Shown: one piece after another, positions 38,371 to 51,650 of the stretch | Position numbering within the stretch: the stretch's first letter is position 1 | How the letters are laid out: each line of letters begins with the position of its first letter | DNA from: Octopus sinensis | Lineage: Eukaryota | Direction of reading: 5' to 3' | DNA length: 64,000 bases | Assembly: GCF_006345805.1 (NCBI RefSeq) | Contig: NC_043008.1 | Coordinates: 31,682,001 to 31,746,000 of the forward strand | Made by a program: the position numbers and the translations under genes | Notes under the pieces: model-generated | The model's input: the letters and a program-made list of their open reading frames with translations, nothing else | Databases searched by the model: none | Told to the model about the DNA's origin: nothing

Positions 38371-39746
38371 GTCCTTGATATTTAGCACCAAATCACCCCA
38401 ATCCAGAAAATCAGTTATCAAATAGGCATAGGTATGGCTGTGTGGTTAAGAAGTTCACTTTGTGACCACACTGTTTCAGGTTCAGTCCCACTACACAGCA
38501 CCTTGGGTATCCAAAGTGATACCCAAAGAGGGACTGACCCTGACACTACATAATATAAAACAAACCTTTTAAACCAAACAGCCATGTCTGTTAATCTAGA
38601 TTATAAAGATGAGATTAATAGCCAAAAATGTATCGTATCTTTTATTTGTGTCAGTCAGTGAACTACAACCATGCTGGAGCACCAGTTTGAAGGGTTTAGT
38701 CAAACAAACTGAAACCAGTCCTGTTTTAAGTCTGGTGCTTATTCTATTGGTTCCTTTGCAAAAACAATTAAGCTACGTGGACAGAAACAAACCATCACTG
38801 GTTATCAAACAGTGGGGGTATAAACACAAACACACACACACACACAATAAGCTTCTACACAATTTCTTATTTCTTTATTACCCACAAGGGGTTAAACATA
38901 GAGGGGACAAACAAGGACAGACAAAGGGATTAAGTCAATTACATCGACCCCAGCACGTAACTGGTACTTAATTTATTGACCCCAAAAGGATGAAAGGCAA
39001 AGTCAACCTCGGTGGAATTTGAACTCAGAATGGAACGGCAGATGAAATACTACTAAGCATTGCACCCGGCATGCTAATGTTTCTGCCAGCTCGCCACCTT
39101 TCAGGTTCGGTCATCTTCTCCAGGCCTCAAAGAATGTCGGCGCAGAACGCCACCATGTTCTACACAGTTTCTGTCAACCAAATGCTACACAGTCAACCAA
39201 ATTCACTCACAAAGTATTGGTCAACTTAGGATTATAGAAAGCACTTGCTCAAGGTGCTACACAGTGGGACTGAACCCAAAATATGTGGTTGCAAAACAAG
39301 CTTCTTAATGACACAGCCATGCCTGAGATTTAATAGTCTGAAAGGTATTATCTATATGAGAAAATAAAAGTGAAAGAAAAAGACTGGCACTCCATCGGTT
39401 ATGGCAACAAGGACACCAGTTGATTCAATCAATGGAAGAGCTCATTTGAGAAATTAACATGCAAGTGGTTGAACACTCCACAGACACATGTACCCTTAAT
39501 GTAGTTTTCAGGGAGATTCAATGTGACACAGAATGTAACAAGGGTAGCCCTTTGGATTATAGGTACAACTCATTTTTGCCAGCTTAGAAGACTGAAGCAA
39601 TGTAGAATAAAGTGTTTTGCTGAAGGACACAAGCACCCCTAGGAATTGAACACATGATCATACAATTGTGAGCCAAATACCCTAACCACTAGGTCACGTG
39701 CCTTCACATGAGAAAAATAACTCACCTGAGTACTGTACACATTTAA

Positions 39747-39966
39747 CCCTTTCGTTACTGTATTTATTCTGAGACGCTCTGTGTTTCTTTCAATTACTTT
39801 AAATATAACGAAGAATTTAGTAAAATAGCATAGTTATCATTCAGCTAGTGTTAAGAACATAAACTGTGACTAAGGTTTGGTGGAAGATTTTAATTCAAAA
39901 CTTATGCAAACAAGACATTTGTACTCAGTGCCAGAGCCAGTTTTAGCCGGGTTGGTAATGAAAGGG
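39747..39966. mobile_element. piggyBac-type MITE
   Basis: TTAA|ccctttcgttac ... gtaatgaaaggg|TTAA; 220 bp. Confidence 0.85.
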
Positions 39967-39993
39967 TTAATCAGAGCAGGTAAATTACTTTAC

Positions 39994-40140
39994 CTTGAAT
40001 AGTTCCTTATAGGAAGGATGACTCGTTGGGTTCTGAACAAAAGGTAAGGCATAAAATGGAAGGAACTCTGGTGTCTGGCTCAGCTCAGCACCTTGGGTTT
40101 CTAGAAAGTTTTTGAAAGTAGCCATTGCTTGTTCACTATC
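39994..40140 (-). CDS. ARMC9: ARMC9 coding exon 4: [49 protein letters not shown]
   Basis: tttcag acceptor, gtaaag donor, 147 nt, conserved [11 protein letters not shown] motif. Confidence 0.96.
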
Positions 40141-41906
40141 CTGAAATAGAAAATAATATGGAATAATGTAAAATTAGTTTCTTGAATATGGTTAGTACAG
40201 GAGAGTATGTTCACTATTGTTGCTGTTACTTAGATCAAGGTCAGCCCTAATCTTTCGTCAAAGACATTCTAATGGTGACCATCCTATCTTTTGCTTTCAT
40301 ACAGTGTATCTAGAACCACATTATTTAATAGTTTGGTCATTAGAGAGAGAAAGGAAGGTTGATTCAACCCTTCTAGATACCATCCTACCTGAGACCACCT
40401 TTGGTTCTATAATACAAACTTGTTCTAAAGAGATCTAATTAAATTAACATGAAATTTTGATGGAAAGTTTTATGTTTCAAATGCTTGCTTAATAAATTCT
40501 TCATTATTTTCAAAATTATTTGAAAAAAAAAAACACTTTTCCACAGAAATATAGTTGGAAAAGGGTTAAGGTATTGAACAACCAGTCAAAAAGTTGAAGG
40601 TTTCAATCCTAACATTATCTGAGTATAACAGCCTGGACATTTTCCTGACATTATCAGAGGATTACAAACATTTAAGACCCAAGCTCCACACTTCACTTAC
40701 CAGTCACATCAGTTTCTGTTATGGAAAATTTAACCATTCAATAAATGGAGATCAATAAAATAAGTAACAAACAAAGAATGAAGGACTTGACTAAAATATT
40801 TGAAAGTGATGCCTCAGTATAGCAACAGACTGGAAACAAAAAGCATGCTCGTTTGATGGTGATGCACATTTATAACCATTGTGTGATGTCTAGACTCTGG
40901 TTGATACACACACACACACATGAAGGGGTTCTTTTAGTTCCTATCTATCAAATCCACTCATGAGGTTTTGGTTAATCCTGTTAATAGTAGAAAACACTTG
41001 CCCAAGGTGCCATGCAATGGAAATCAATACCACATGGTTAGGAACCAAACTTCTTTATACAACCACAAGTTCATTGAGTGCACAAAACTGAAAAATTCCA
41101 TTCCATTCTTTTCTGGTGACAAAAAGCAAGATTTGAACTCAGAGCACACAGATCCCAACCAAAACTCCAAGCCAATATACTACACACACACATACATAGC
41201 AACTGTATGCCACACATGTATGTGCATGTGTGAGTATTGACAGTAGATGTCATTGAAAACAAATGCCTTTTGAATCTATCCCAGTAACATGTATGTAAAT
41301 CTAGTTTGGCTTCCTTCCTACCAAGTTGATAAACTAAATCTCAGTCAAAATACTGGATTGATATAATTAACAAAACTCCTAAAGGTGGTGCTCCAGCATG
41401 GCTGCACTCTTATAACTGAAGCCAATACAGGAAATAAAAGAGTAAAAATATAAACAACAAGTGTAACTCAGTGGTTAAGGAGCTTGCGTTCTGACCATGT
41501 GGTCTTTGATTAAGTCCCACTGTACGGCACCTTGGGTAAGCATTTGCTGTTATAGGCCCAGGCCAACCAAAGCCTTGGCAGTGGATTTGGTAATTTGGAA
41601 GACAGCTGTCATGTATATACACACATACACACATACATATATACACAGGGCTAATGCTAAGAAGTGCAGGGGCATAATGAGAGAATTGTCAGTGGGACCT
41701 CTATTCTACAAAAGCTGAAGACTGATGTTTTATGCTTCATGCAATACACCAGTCCCAGCCAAAAAGCATTGAGAGCTTGAGGTTCCACCATTAGCCACAT
41801 TGATATACTAAAAATTCATCCTAGAATCCTCTCCTCAAGCCTGTGTGGAGGACCCAATTTGAATAAATCTGTCTAACTGGCTTAAAACCAGTCCTGTATA
41901 TATATA

Positions 41907-42460
41907 TACGAGCAAAACGTCCCCCGTCCAATGGACGGTGCTGAGTTGTCAAACATTTAAACCAAATTTTCTCAAAACAACTTATCCGACCATCCCATTG
42001 GCCTTCCCTTTGAGAAACACTGATTTAACCTAACTTTGAGACACCAGTAAAAGAAGAAATAAAGATAGACTTTTTTTCTATTCCAAAGAAAAACGATTTT
42101 ATTCACACAAATATGCAACCGAAGAGTTTAAAGTACCAGTAATGATAAGGCTGTTGACTGGGAGAACACAAACATGGTTTAAACAGTAAGCTTGGCAGGA
42201 AAGAAACGTGCCTTTAAGCAGTACAAAAATAACAAAAAATGGAAGGTGCAGTTATGTACAGGTTGACAGAAGAAAAGCAGGACAAAAACGACTTTATCGA
42301 TTGCATTCTCACTTGGAATCGATTTTTGTAATTTTTTCAAGACTTATACATGCCCTGATACTGTCGGTATCTACATATCAAATTTGAGCGCAATTGGATG
42401 GAGGATGCCCGAGATCCTAGAAGACACACAGACAGAACGGATTTTATATATATATATATA
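41907..42460 (-). mobile_element. Non-autonomous Helitron-like element (reverse orientation)
   Basis: Subterminal hairpin ccgtcc-aat-ggacgg near the left end, acagacaga..(TA)n at the right end; CpG-rich, so probably young. Confidence 0.55.
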
Positions 42461-42770
42461 TACATGCATACGTATGTATATATATATGTATGTGTGTATG
42501 TGTAAACCCTAATCTAGACAACACATGATGGTCATAAATGAGCATCATCATTTAAGTGAGATTGTTTGTTTCCAGTCATTTGCAAAAGACATTTCTATAT
42601 ACATGGGAAAACACTATCTTGCTTGGAAACTAGTAAAGGTTGGAAAAAGAAGTGGCACCCAGCTGTAGAAAATCTGCCTCAACAAATTCCATCTGATACA
42701 TGCTAGCTGGGAAAAGTGGACATATGATGATGATGATGATGATGATACAGATTTCAGGAGCACTTCTTAC

Positions 42771-42941
42771 TTTTGTTGGTAATTTGTGACGCATCGGATA
42801 AACAGCAAAATGAATCCATAGTGTAAACTCCAGTTTCTTAGCAACCATGTCAGTACTGCGAATATCTTGAGGAATATTTGTATTCCACTCACGCAGAAAA
42901 TCTTTCCTTTTCCCTAAATCAAAATATTCAAGGATATTTTT
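42771..42941 (-). CDS. ARMC9: ARMC9 coding exon 3: KNILEYFDLG...KKLEFTLWIHFAVYPMRHKLPTK
   Basis: Polypyrimidine tract + gcag acceptor, gtaaga donor, 171 nt; within ORF 42630-42962. Confidence 0.95.
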
Positions 42942-43413
42942 CTGCAAAAAAAAGAAAAACAAAACATGTTCATATTTATATAGAATAAAAGTATATTTGA
43001 TTATACATGTACCAGCTCAATTGAAACACTGCCTACAGCTGCTCTTCATTTAGGCAGTTGAAGCTGGAGTTCAGGTAGGAAGTCAACTTGAGTAATATCT
43101 ATATATACATCATCAAATGTAAGATAACGTGAAATTTATATATATATATATATATATATATAAACAATTTATAAGTAAAGGCAAAAGAAAAAAATTCTAA
43201 TGCCAAAATATGCCGTACTCTGATGCTTCAATCAATTTGTCATTTGTCTTTAAAAAGGAAGTACACATTAGATAATGAATCATGGATATATTAAGTTTCA
43301 ATAAAAGATGGAATGGTTACAACTGGGATGGTTACAACATGGGGGTTATCAACAGAACTGGTCTGGAGCTACACAATCACAACAACAATATTAATAAAGG
43401 ATAAAATAATTAC

Positions 43414-43539
43414 TTGAATAGCTTTCTTCTGGTCATCTAAAACTAATTCAGCCGAAATATCACAAATTGGTTTAGACTTTTGCTGGCATTCTTCAACAAA
43501 CGTCTGTTGAGCCTGTTCATAACCGCCAAACTCGAGGTA
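43414..43539 (-). CDS. ARMC9: ARMC9 coding exon 2: YLEFGGYEQAQQTFVEEC...KKAIQ
   Basis: ttgtag acceptor, gtaatt donor, 126 nt, LisH-like EYLxF..T. Confidence 0.93.
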
Positions 43540-43876
43540 CTACAATAATAGAATAACAGATAATATCATAAAGTGTTGAGAGCAGAAATGTCAAGGGTTT
43601 CATACATACATCAAGAAAGAGTAGTGAACTGACTCACATCCTCTAAATCAATCAGTGACATAGTGATGAGTTGTAAAAGATTCTCCATCTGTGATTCTGA
43701 AAATGAATGTATAGGTGCAGCTGTGTAGTGAAAAGCTTGCTTCCCAACCACCTGATTCTGAGTTCAGTTCCACTGCATGGTACTTTGGGCAAGTGTCTTC
43801 TTCTATAGCCTCAGGCCAACCAAAGCTTTGTGGGTGGATTCAGTTGACAGAAAATGAAAGAAGGCCATCATGTGTA

Positions 43877-43921
<45 letters not shown>

Positions 43922-45847
43922 GTGTGTGTGTGTGCGTGTGTTGTGTGTGTACGTGCACCTTTGTGTCTGTCCCCCACCCCCACCCTGTACTACCATGTTT
44001 ACACTCCTGTAGCTTAGTGGTTTTGCAAAAGAGTACCAGGCTTAATCAAAGTAAAAACTGGGGTCAATTCATTCAACTAAAAATTCTCGAAGGCAGTGCC
44101 CCAACATGACAACAGTCTAATGAATGAAACAAGTAAAAAAACAGAAGATCAAAAGATACACTCATATGTACGTACATGAAGACTAATGAAACATGCATTT
44201 GTCTGATAAAGAGGCAGGCATACTCATTCCATGAGTGCAAGTATATCCACACATGCACCTGGCAAGGGTGAAGCATGTCTGTATGGTTAAGAAACTCACT
44301 TTGCAACCATATGGTTTTGGGTTCTGACCAACTGTGCTGTACCTTGGGCAAGTGTCTTCTGCTATAGCCCTAGAACAACCAATGTCTTGTGAGTGAATTT
44401 AGTTAAACAGAAATTGTATGGTGGCTTGTTGCATACATATATACATACAAACTTATGTATGTATGTATGTATGTATGTATGCATGCATGTATGTGCATGC
44501 ATTGTATGTATGTGCATGCATGCATTTTATGTATGTCCCACCACCACTTGACAGCTGATGTTGGTTTGTTTATATCCCCATAGCTTAGCAGTTTGGTAAA
44601 AGAAACAGAAAGAATTAAGAACCAGACTTTAAAAAATATGTACTGGGGGGGGGTCAATTTGTTCAACTAAACCTTGAGGTGATGCCCCAGTATGACCACA
44701 GTCCAATGATTAAAGCAAGTAGAAGATAAAAGAGGTATATCCACAGACTAACTCATTTGTGTAGTCACAAATGCCATGAAATAATTTGATTCAAACAGAA
44801 GGATCTTGTCACTTTTTCGGTAACAATTCTACGAAGAACAAAAGCAGAAATAAATAAGACGGGAAGGAAAAGCCAGGAAAGGATGGATGCATCGCAAATA
44901 TTACTAAGCACAGAAGAATATGAATCACCAGGGCTCAACGTCACTTTGATGGATGCAGAGGGGCTGGCATGGGACCACGTGTAATGGAGAGCACAGGTGA
45001 ATTTGATCAGTTCGACACATGATCTCTGGAACCACTAACCTGGGATGATCCCAGCCCCATCAAGTAGAGCAGAAGCAAAGCACTATATAGCTAAGCTCCT
45101 GCAAGTTATTAACAGAGTAGATATCTATATAAATCCCAGTCTGATCTACAGACTGGATTTGGTGTCTACTTTAAAGCAAGTGTTACTTGTTCAAACGTGC
45201 TTGAAACATATTCAAACCGATAAGAAAGCCTTTCACTGTATTTTGTCATGGAGAACATTTTTCACTGCAGACAGATTGATGTAAACACACTGAATCAGCA
45301 TGCAGTGTTCCCTAACCAGACAGGTTGATGCATTCATTCCTCTTCAGTACCGGAAACCAAAGAGGCAGATATAGCAAACTAACAAGAGAGACAGGTCTTT
45401 TTTATTATATTCCTGTCATTATACAATGACTGGTTGTGGTATTCAGCACCATGTTGTAAATAAAATAAAGGGTAACAGTGTTATGCAGTAATGTGTATAA
45501 CTACAAACTTACTACCAGTTCAAATATGCTTCAGGCATATTCAAACCCATAACAAAGACATTTACTGTATTTTGACATGGAGAAAATTTCTCGCTGAAGA
45601 CAGACAGGTATAAGCACAATGAGTCAGTTCACAGTACCCACCACAAAAACACACACACACACACACACACATCATAATCATTTAACATCTGTTTCTATTC
45701 TGGCATGGGTTGGATGGTTTGACAGGATCCAGTGAGACACAGGGCTGCATCAGGCTCCAGTGTCAAGTTTGGCGTAGTTTCTACAGCTGAATGGCCTTTC
45801 TACATGCCTGTGTGTATGTGCAGAAGGAAAAACATGATAGCACTTAC

Positions 45848-45916
45848 CTCTTTCACAATAGCATTTAACTCTCCTTCAAATGCAACGACAGGCCAAGGCC
45901 TTACAGAACCAGACAT
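45848..45916 (-). CDS. ARMC9: ARMC9 coding exon 1 (start of LisH region): MSGSVRPWPVVAFEGELNAIVKE
   Basis: Acceptor tttcag at 45920-21, ATG 3 nt inside the exon, donor GAG|gtaagt; 69 nt, phase 0. Confidence 0.9.
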
Positions 45917-45939
45917 AACCTGAAATATAAACGTGTATG

Positions 45940-45997
<58 letters not shown>

Positions 45998-46599
45998 AGT
46001 GATTTACATTAAATTTATGTTTAAAATGTTAGATTTAAACTAATTTGTTACCTTTCAGATTTCTAGTCTTGACTGAGTTTTTATTTCAGATGCATTACAC
46101 TCTGTATTTCAAGTTACTTTTGATTGTCATGGTCAATTTACACACACATACACACAATATATATATATATCCTGGCATTGCAGAGGTACAGGCATGGTTG
46201 TGTGGTTGCAATGTTCACTTCCCAAACACCAACGATGTGGTTCTGGGCTCCATTTCACAGCATGACACTTTACAGAAGTGTTTTCTACAATAATCCAGGA
46301 TTAGATAAACAGAAACTAAAATAAGACCAACACGTGTGTGTGTGTGTATTTCTCTTTCTCTCTCATTGCTTTGCTATCACACAATAGTTGTAAATGAGTA
46401 TCAAAATCATCCCAATAGTGTTCATCATTTCTAATCTGAGGAAACATGTCCAGCAATGGGGAAATATTATATTGTCTGAAGACCAAAAAGGATTGACAAC
46501 AGAGAGAGCAAGCAATCATATAAAATCTACTGCAACAAATTTCATCTGACCCTTGGAAGCATGTAAAAAGGGACAATAAATAATTATATATAAAATCAT

Positions 46600-47915
46600 C
46601 CTCATCATTTAATGTCTGTTGTCCATGCTGGCATGGGTTGGATGGTTTGACCAGGGATGGCAAGCTGGAAGGCTGCAACAGACTCCAGTTTGATTTGGCA
46701 TGCTTTCTATGGCTGGATGCCCTTCCTAATGCCAACCACTCTGAGAATGTAATGGGTGCTTTTGTGTGCTACTAACACAGGTGTAATTTGCATGACACCA
46801 GTATCATGCCACAACTATGATTTTACTTGACTTGATGGGTCATCTTCTCAAGCACAGTATAATGTCAAAGGTCTCAGTCATTGCCTCCATGAGGTCCAAC
46901 ACTTGAAAGGTGCTTTACACATGCCACCAGCATCAGCCATCTTGCCTCCATGAGGCCCAACACTCAAAAAGTGCATTTTATGTGCCAGTTACATGCCACT
47001 AGTATTGGACACGACCATGATTTCACTTGGCTTGCCGGGTCTTCTCAAGCACAGCATATTGCCAAAGATATCAGTCACTAGTCATTGCCTCTGAGAGGCC
47101 CAAATTTTGAAGATCATGCTTCACTCCCTCGTCCCATGTCTTCCTGGGTCTACCTCTACCACAGGTTCCCTTCACAGTTAAAGATCAGCACTTCTTTACA
47201 CGGCTGTCCTTGTCCATGCACATCACATGACCACACCAGCACAGTCGTCTCTCTTGCACACCACATCTGATGCCTTTTATTCCAACTTTTCTCTCAAACA
47301 TGCACACTGACATTGCACATCCAGTGAAGCATACTGGTTTCATTTCTTTCAAGCTTATGCATGTCCTCAGCTGTCTCAGCCCATGTTCCACTGCCACGTA
47401 GCAGAGCTGTTTGCACACAGGCATCATACAATCTGCCTTTCATTCTAAGGGAGAGGCCCTTTGTTGCCAGAAAAGGTAGGAGCTCTCTGAACTTTGCCCA
47501 GCCTATCCTTATTCCCACAGCTACACTCTCAGAGCATCCACCTCTACTACTAACTTGGTCACCCAGATAACAGGATCCATCTACTACCTCTAGCTTACAC
47601 CCCTCGCATTTCAAGGAGTCTATTTTCTGTACATGTTCTGTGTTTATTGTACCTGTACATCTTCCACACACGAAAACTATTTTCCTTGTTAACCTTCCTC
47701 TGATATTGCTGCATCTCATACATGTCCACAGCTTACATTGGGTACATCTTATGGAGTTTCTACCTACACCTTTTCTACAGATTGAAAAGGAACATCTTGT
47801 GATTTGTCTGCCTTCCTACTTACTAAGACTCTGGTTTTTGCTAGGATAACTTGAAGGCCCTTTGATTCTAGAACTTGCTTCCATACCTGAAACTTTTCTA
47901 GTTCTGGCAGTGATT
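46600..47915 (-). mobile_element. 5'-truncated RTE-clade LINE remnant with 3' tail
   Basis: WKQVLESKGLQVILAKTRV, YLGDQV...GWAKFRELLP...KGRLYDACV, RRLCWCGHVMCM (RTE C-terminus); many disruptions. Confidence 0.85.
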
Positions 47916-49652
47916 CAAATTATATATATATATATATACACACACACACTCACACATACATATAAAAACATCCATACACACATGCACATCAGCATTCACA
48001 TATATGTATACTTCTGAATTGACCCTAGAATTATTACTACCACTTGGGAACTTTTGTAGACCCTAAATGGATGAAAAGTTAAACCGTGCAGTATTTGAAC
48101 TCACAAACCTTAATAAGATAAACTTCTAAAATACTCTAAAAACAGCTTGTTAAGATAATTGTTATTTTTGTTGTTGATGCTAGTGTTGAGTAGTCCCAAG
48201 TCAATCCTGACCAAACAGCATAACTATGATTAAGTGCTATTCCAGCTATGACCACCCCATCTATTTTCTTTCAGACACTGTGTGCATAGCTGTCTGGAAC
48301 TAAAACTACCAATGTGTTCTTCTGTTTTAATCCTTTAGTATTAAAACTGGCCATATCCTGCCCAAATATTTTACCTGTTTTATGTTCAAACCATCCAAAT
48401 CTGGCCTCCCCCACCCATCCTACAATGTCATTCTAAGAATAAACAACCAAATCATCAAAATTCCAAAGCTATGAGAAAATGCATGATTAATTCAAAACAA
48501 AGCAAATAAATAGCATTACATTTGACAAAATAATCGGAATGCTAAAGGGTTAAGATGGAAATTTGGTTAGTATTTCTAGCAGGTCAAGTCAGTGTTGTTA
48601 CATATATATATATTTATATCATCATTATCTTTTAACGTCCATTGTCCATTCTGGCATGAGTTGGACAGTTTGACCAGGGTTGTTAAGCTGAAGGGCTGCA
48701 CCAGACTCCAGTCTGATTTGGCATGGTTTCTACATCTAGATGCCCTTCCTAACAACATATGTGTATATATATGTTTAACAAGCTATCACATGGTTTCCAT
48801 CAACCAAATTCATTCAAAATCATTGGTTGGTCAAGGTCTATAGTTAAAGACACAGTCTCAAGGTGCCATACAGTGGGACTGAACCTGAAACCATGTGGTT
48901 CTGAAGCAAGCTTCTTAACCACACAGCCATGCTTGTACCTACCTATAAATAGACACTTGATGTCTACCAATCTGCTATCTCTTTCTCTTCCGTGCTTCTT
49001 CTTTATAACTATTCCATCAGTCTTGGAAACGTTGCTAGCCCTTCACTCACTCACTCCTTTATTTCTGGTAAAAGGAATACTGCAAGTGGTCGTCCATTAT
49101 TCCAACTTATAGAGTTCACTGTAGCTGATCCAGAAAGAAAGAGGAAAACACTGGAAGGATCTCAGCATGATTTGAACAGAGAGCTGACAAAATACAAGGC
49201 ATTCTATCTGACACTAAGGACTCCTCAAATTTACCATTTTTCATAGTATATTAGAGGAGCTTAGTTTAACAAGCAAAAAGTATGAAAGAGATTAAGTCAA
49301 CTCTAGTGGGATTTAAACTCAGAACAAAGAGAGATGTGACTATATAAAGGCTGTTGGTTTTCTTCTCTCCCCATCGTTTCTTCTCAAGCTCTTTTTATGA
49401 TTAGAATCTAACACAAAAGACAACATATTTCTAAATAAAGCACATTCATTTTAGGCTCATAGTTATTGCTGTTACTGGATAGTCCTGAGATAGCTTTGGC
49501 TGGCTCACAGGTTATCAGTTCAATGATTATGCTCAGTACCAGTGTTGTCATCAGATGACACCACTAGTGGCATTGAGAAAAGATTTAACTTTGATTCCTT
49601 GATGATTTGAAGTGCTCCTAAAAGGAGAAAACTAGAAGAATGATAGCAGTTG

Positions 49653-49736
49653 TATTAAAATGGCTTCAATTCAGCTGTTCCTATTAAAATGGCTTCAATT
49701 CAGCTATTCCTATATAAATGGCTTCAATTCAGCCAT
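49653..49736. repeat. 29-bp tandem repeat x3 (tattaaaatggcttcaattcagctgttcc)
   Basis: Direct inspection. Confidence 0.85.
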
Positions 49737-50078
49737 TTAATAAGTAATTAAATGCTCACTTATAATCCACTGATAACTAATTATTTCTTAATTATAAACT
49801 ATTGCTTACTAATGAAACAATTACACACCATTATTTACTAATGAAACACCTACTCACTGTACACCATTGATTACTAATTATGTAAATAATGAAGTACAAC
49901 TTACTAATGAAAAGCTATTTACTAAATGGAATACTCACTAATTATATACTATTGACTTCACCTAAACACTAATTATATACCCACTACTAACAAATGAAAC
50001 CAAACATCCATGAAAAATTACTGGAAACTTGTGGAACCCATGAAAATTCCATATTTTGTCATTTTGTCTTTTTGCTGA

Positions 50079-50252
50079 ATTTCTTCCAACCACTTGAAGT
50101 TTTTCAAATTTCAGATTAATCTTTTAAAATGTTTAGCTCTGATGTAATCTAATGAATGTGATTTTTATCATTAAATACAAAACTACATCAGAACAATAAA
50201 TTTGAAAATAATCTAGTGAAAATTTGAAAAACTTTAAGAAGTTGGAAGAAAT
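50079..50252. mobile_element. Palindromic MITE remnant
   Basis: Nested inverted repeats atttcttccaac/gttggaagaaat, aagtttttcaaattt/aaatttgaaaaactt, tctgatgta/tacatcaga. Confidence 0.6.
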
Positions 50253-51650
50253 CTAATAAGATCTGCTCATTGCTTATTTCTATTTTGATGCATATATTTA
50301 CACATTTACAAGATTGTTTTATTTTAAAAACTTGGATTATACCTTCAATTTTGTTCTATACTTAAAAGTTGCTTAAAGCCAATCACTTGAAACTGTTTCA
50401 TGTAGAAAATTTGAACTATGTCTCTGATTTTGTTCCACAGTTAAGGTGTTGTAAAGCATAATCTCCAGATGCTGTAACCAGTGGAATATTGTAGATAATA
50501 GATTTTTGCATACCTACACAAGTGTTCCACCTGCCACACACCAACTCACAGAAAAATGGGTATTTTTTAATGAAATTTTCTACAAATACATTTCAGATGG
50601 CATAAATGATGATTATAAATGATGAATTTAAAGAGCAAAAAAATAAATAAATAATAATAATAACTGGTGGACACACACACACATACATAATGACACACAA
50701 CATACAATTTTTTCAAAATTTCAAGTAACATTTTGTTGATATATATATTCATTTGATGTGTCAGTTTGTATGTTTAGGTGTGCACAACATTTTGTTTTGC
50801 TTTTACATCAAATCCCAATATTATTGTAATATACTGTAGATAAAAGATATTTGTAGAAAATTTCATTGCAAAAAAAAAAAAATAATAAAATTCATTATTC
50901 TGAAAGTTATGAGGAAACAAAATCAGGGTGGGTGCCTACTTGTGTAGGTATGCTACAATATCTTGTGACAAGTGTAATGAATGAGAACACATACAGATAT
51001 AAACCACAAAATGATGAGATAATGTTGACAAATTTAACAGTGGATGACAGGCGTAAAATCAAGTTGACACCTTCTGAGATTCTCTCCCTTGTTTATTGCT
51101 AACAGACGTCCATTACACTTTAAACGTTTACCACATTCACCTGACTCAATAACTGTGTTACAATCTTCTATGTAGAAATTTTATTTGCTAGAAATAGTAG
51201 TTCAATCTCCCTATATTAAGTACATTCACCTTACTAAATAACCATTTGACACAAGCCTCTATGTAGTATTTCTACATGTTAGAAATAGTAGTCCAATCTT
51301 CTACCATCTTAAATAAAGGCTAAACTGGGGCTATACAATGACAATAACAAAAACGTCGGTGGTATTTTTTTGTATCATCCTAAATTACTCATTTCTCTCA
51401 CAAGAAGCATGAATGAATAATTATAGACATCCACTTTGCAATTACAAGGTGCTAAGTTCAATTCCAATGAATGGTATGTTGAATAAGTTTTGTGAGTGAA
51501 AGTGAATAGACAGAAAGTGAGATGACTTTTATTAGGTTTGCCCAGATTTGCTATATCATTATCATGCTGGGTTGTCATCTGAGAACTGTTCACACACTCT
51601 CTAATTCAATAAACAGTTTAAGTGATCAAACAACTAAAAAAAAAATCATA

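Larger units (their letters stand above)
384..45919 (-). other. ARMC9: ARMC9 gene span (coding exons 1-21; 3' end continues beyond window start; probable 5'UTR exon at ~56.8 kb)
   Basis: 21 exons with AG/GT boundaries join in phase into one ORF of 2107 nt, colinear along its length with ARMC9 as I recall it (e.g. [65 protein letters not shown]). No stop codon in the window. Confidence 0.95.
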
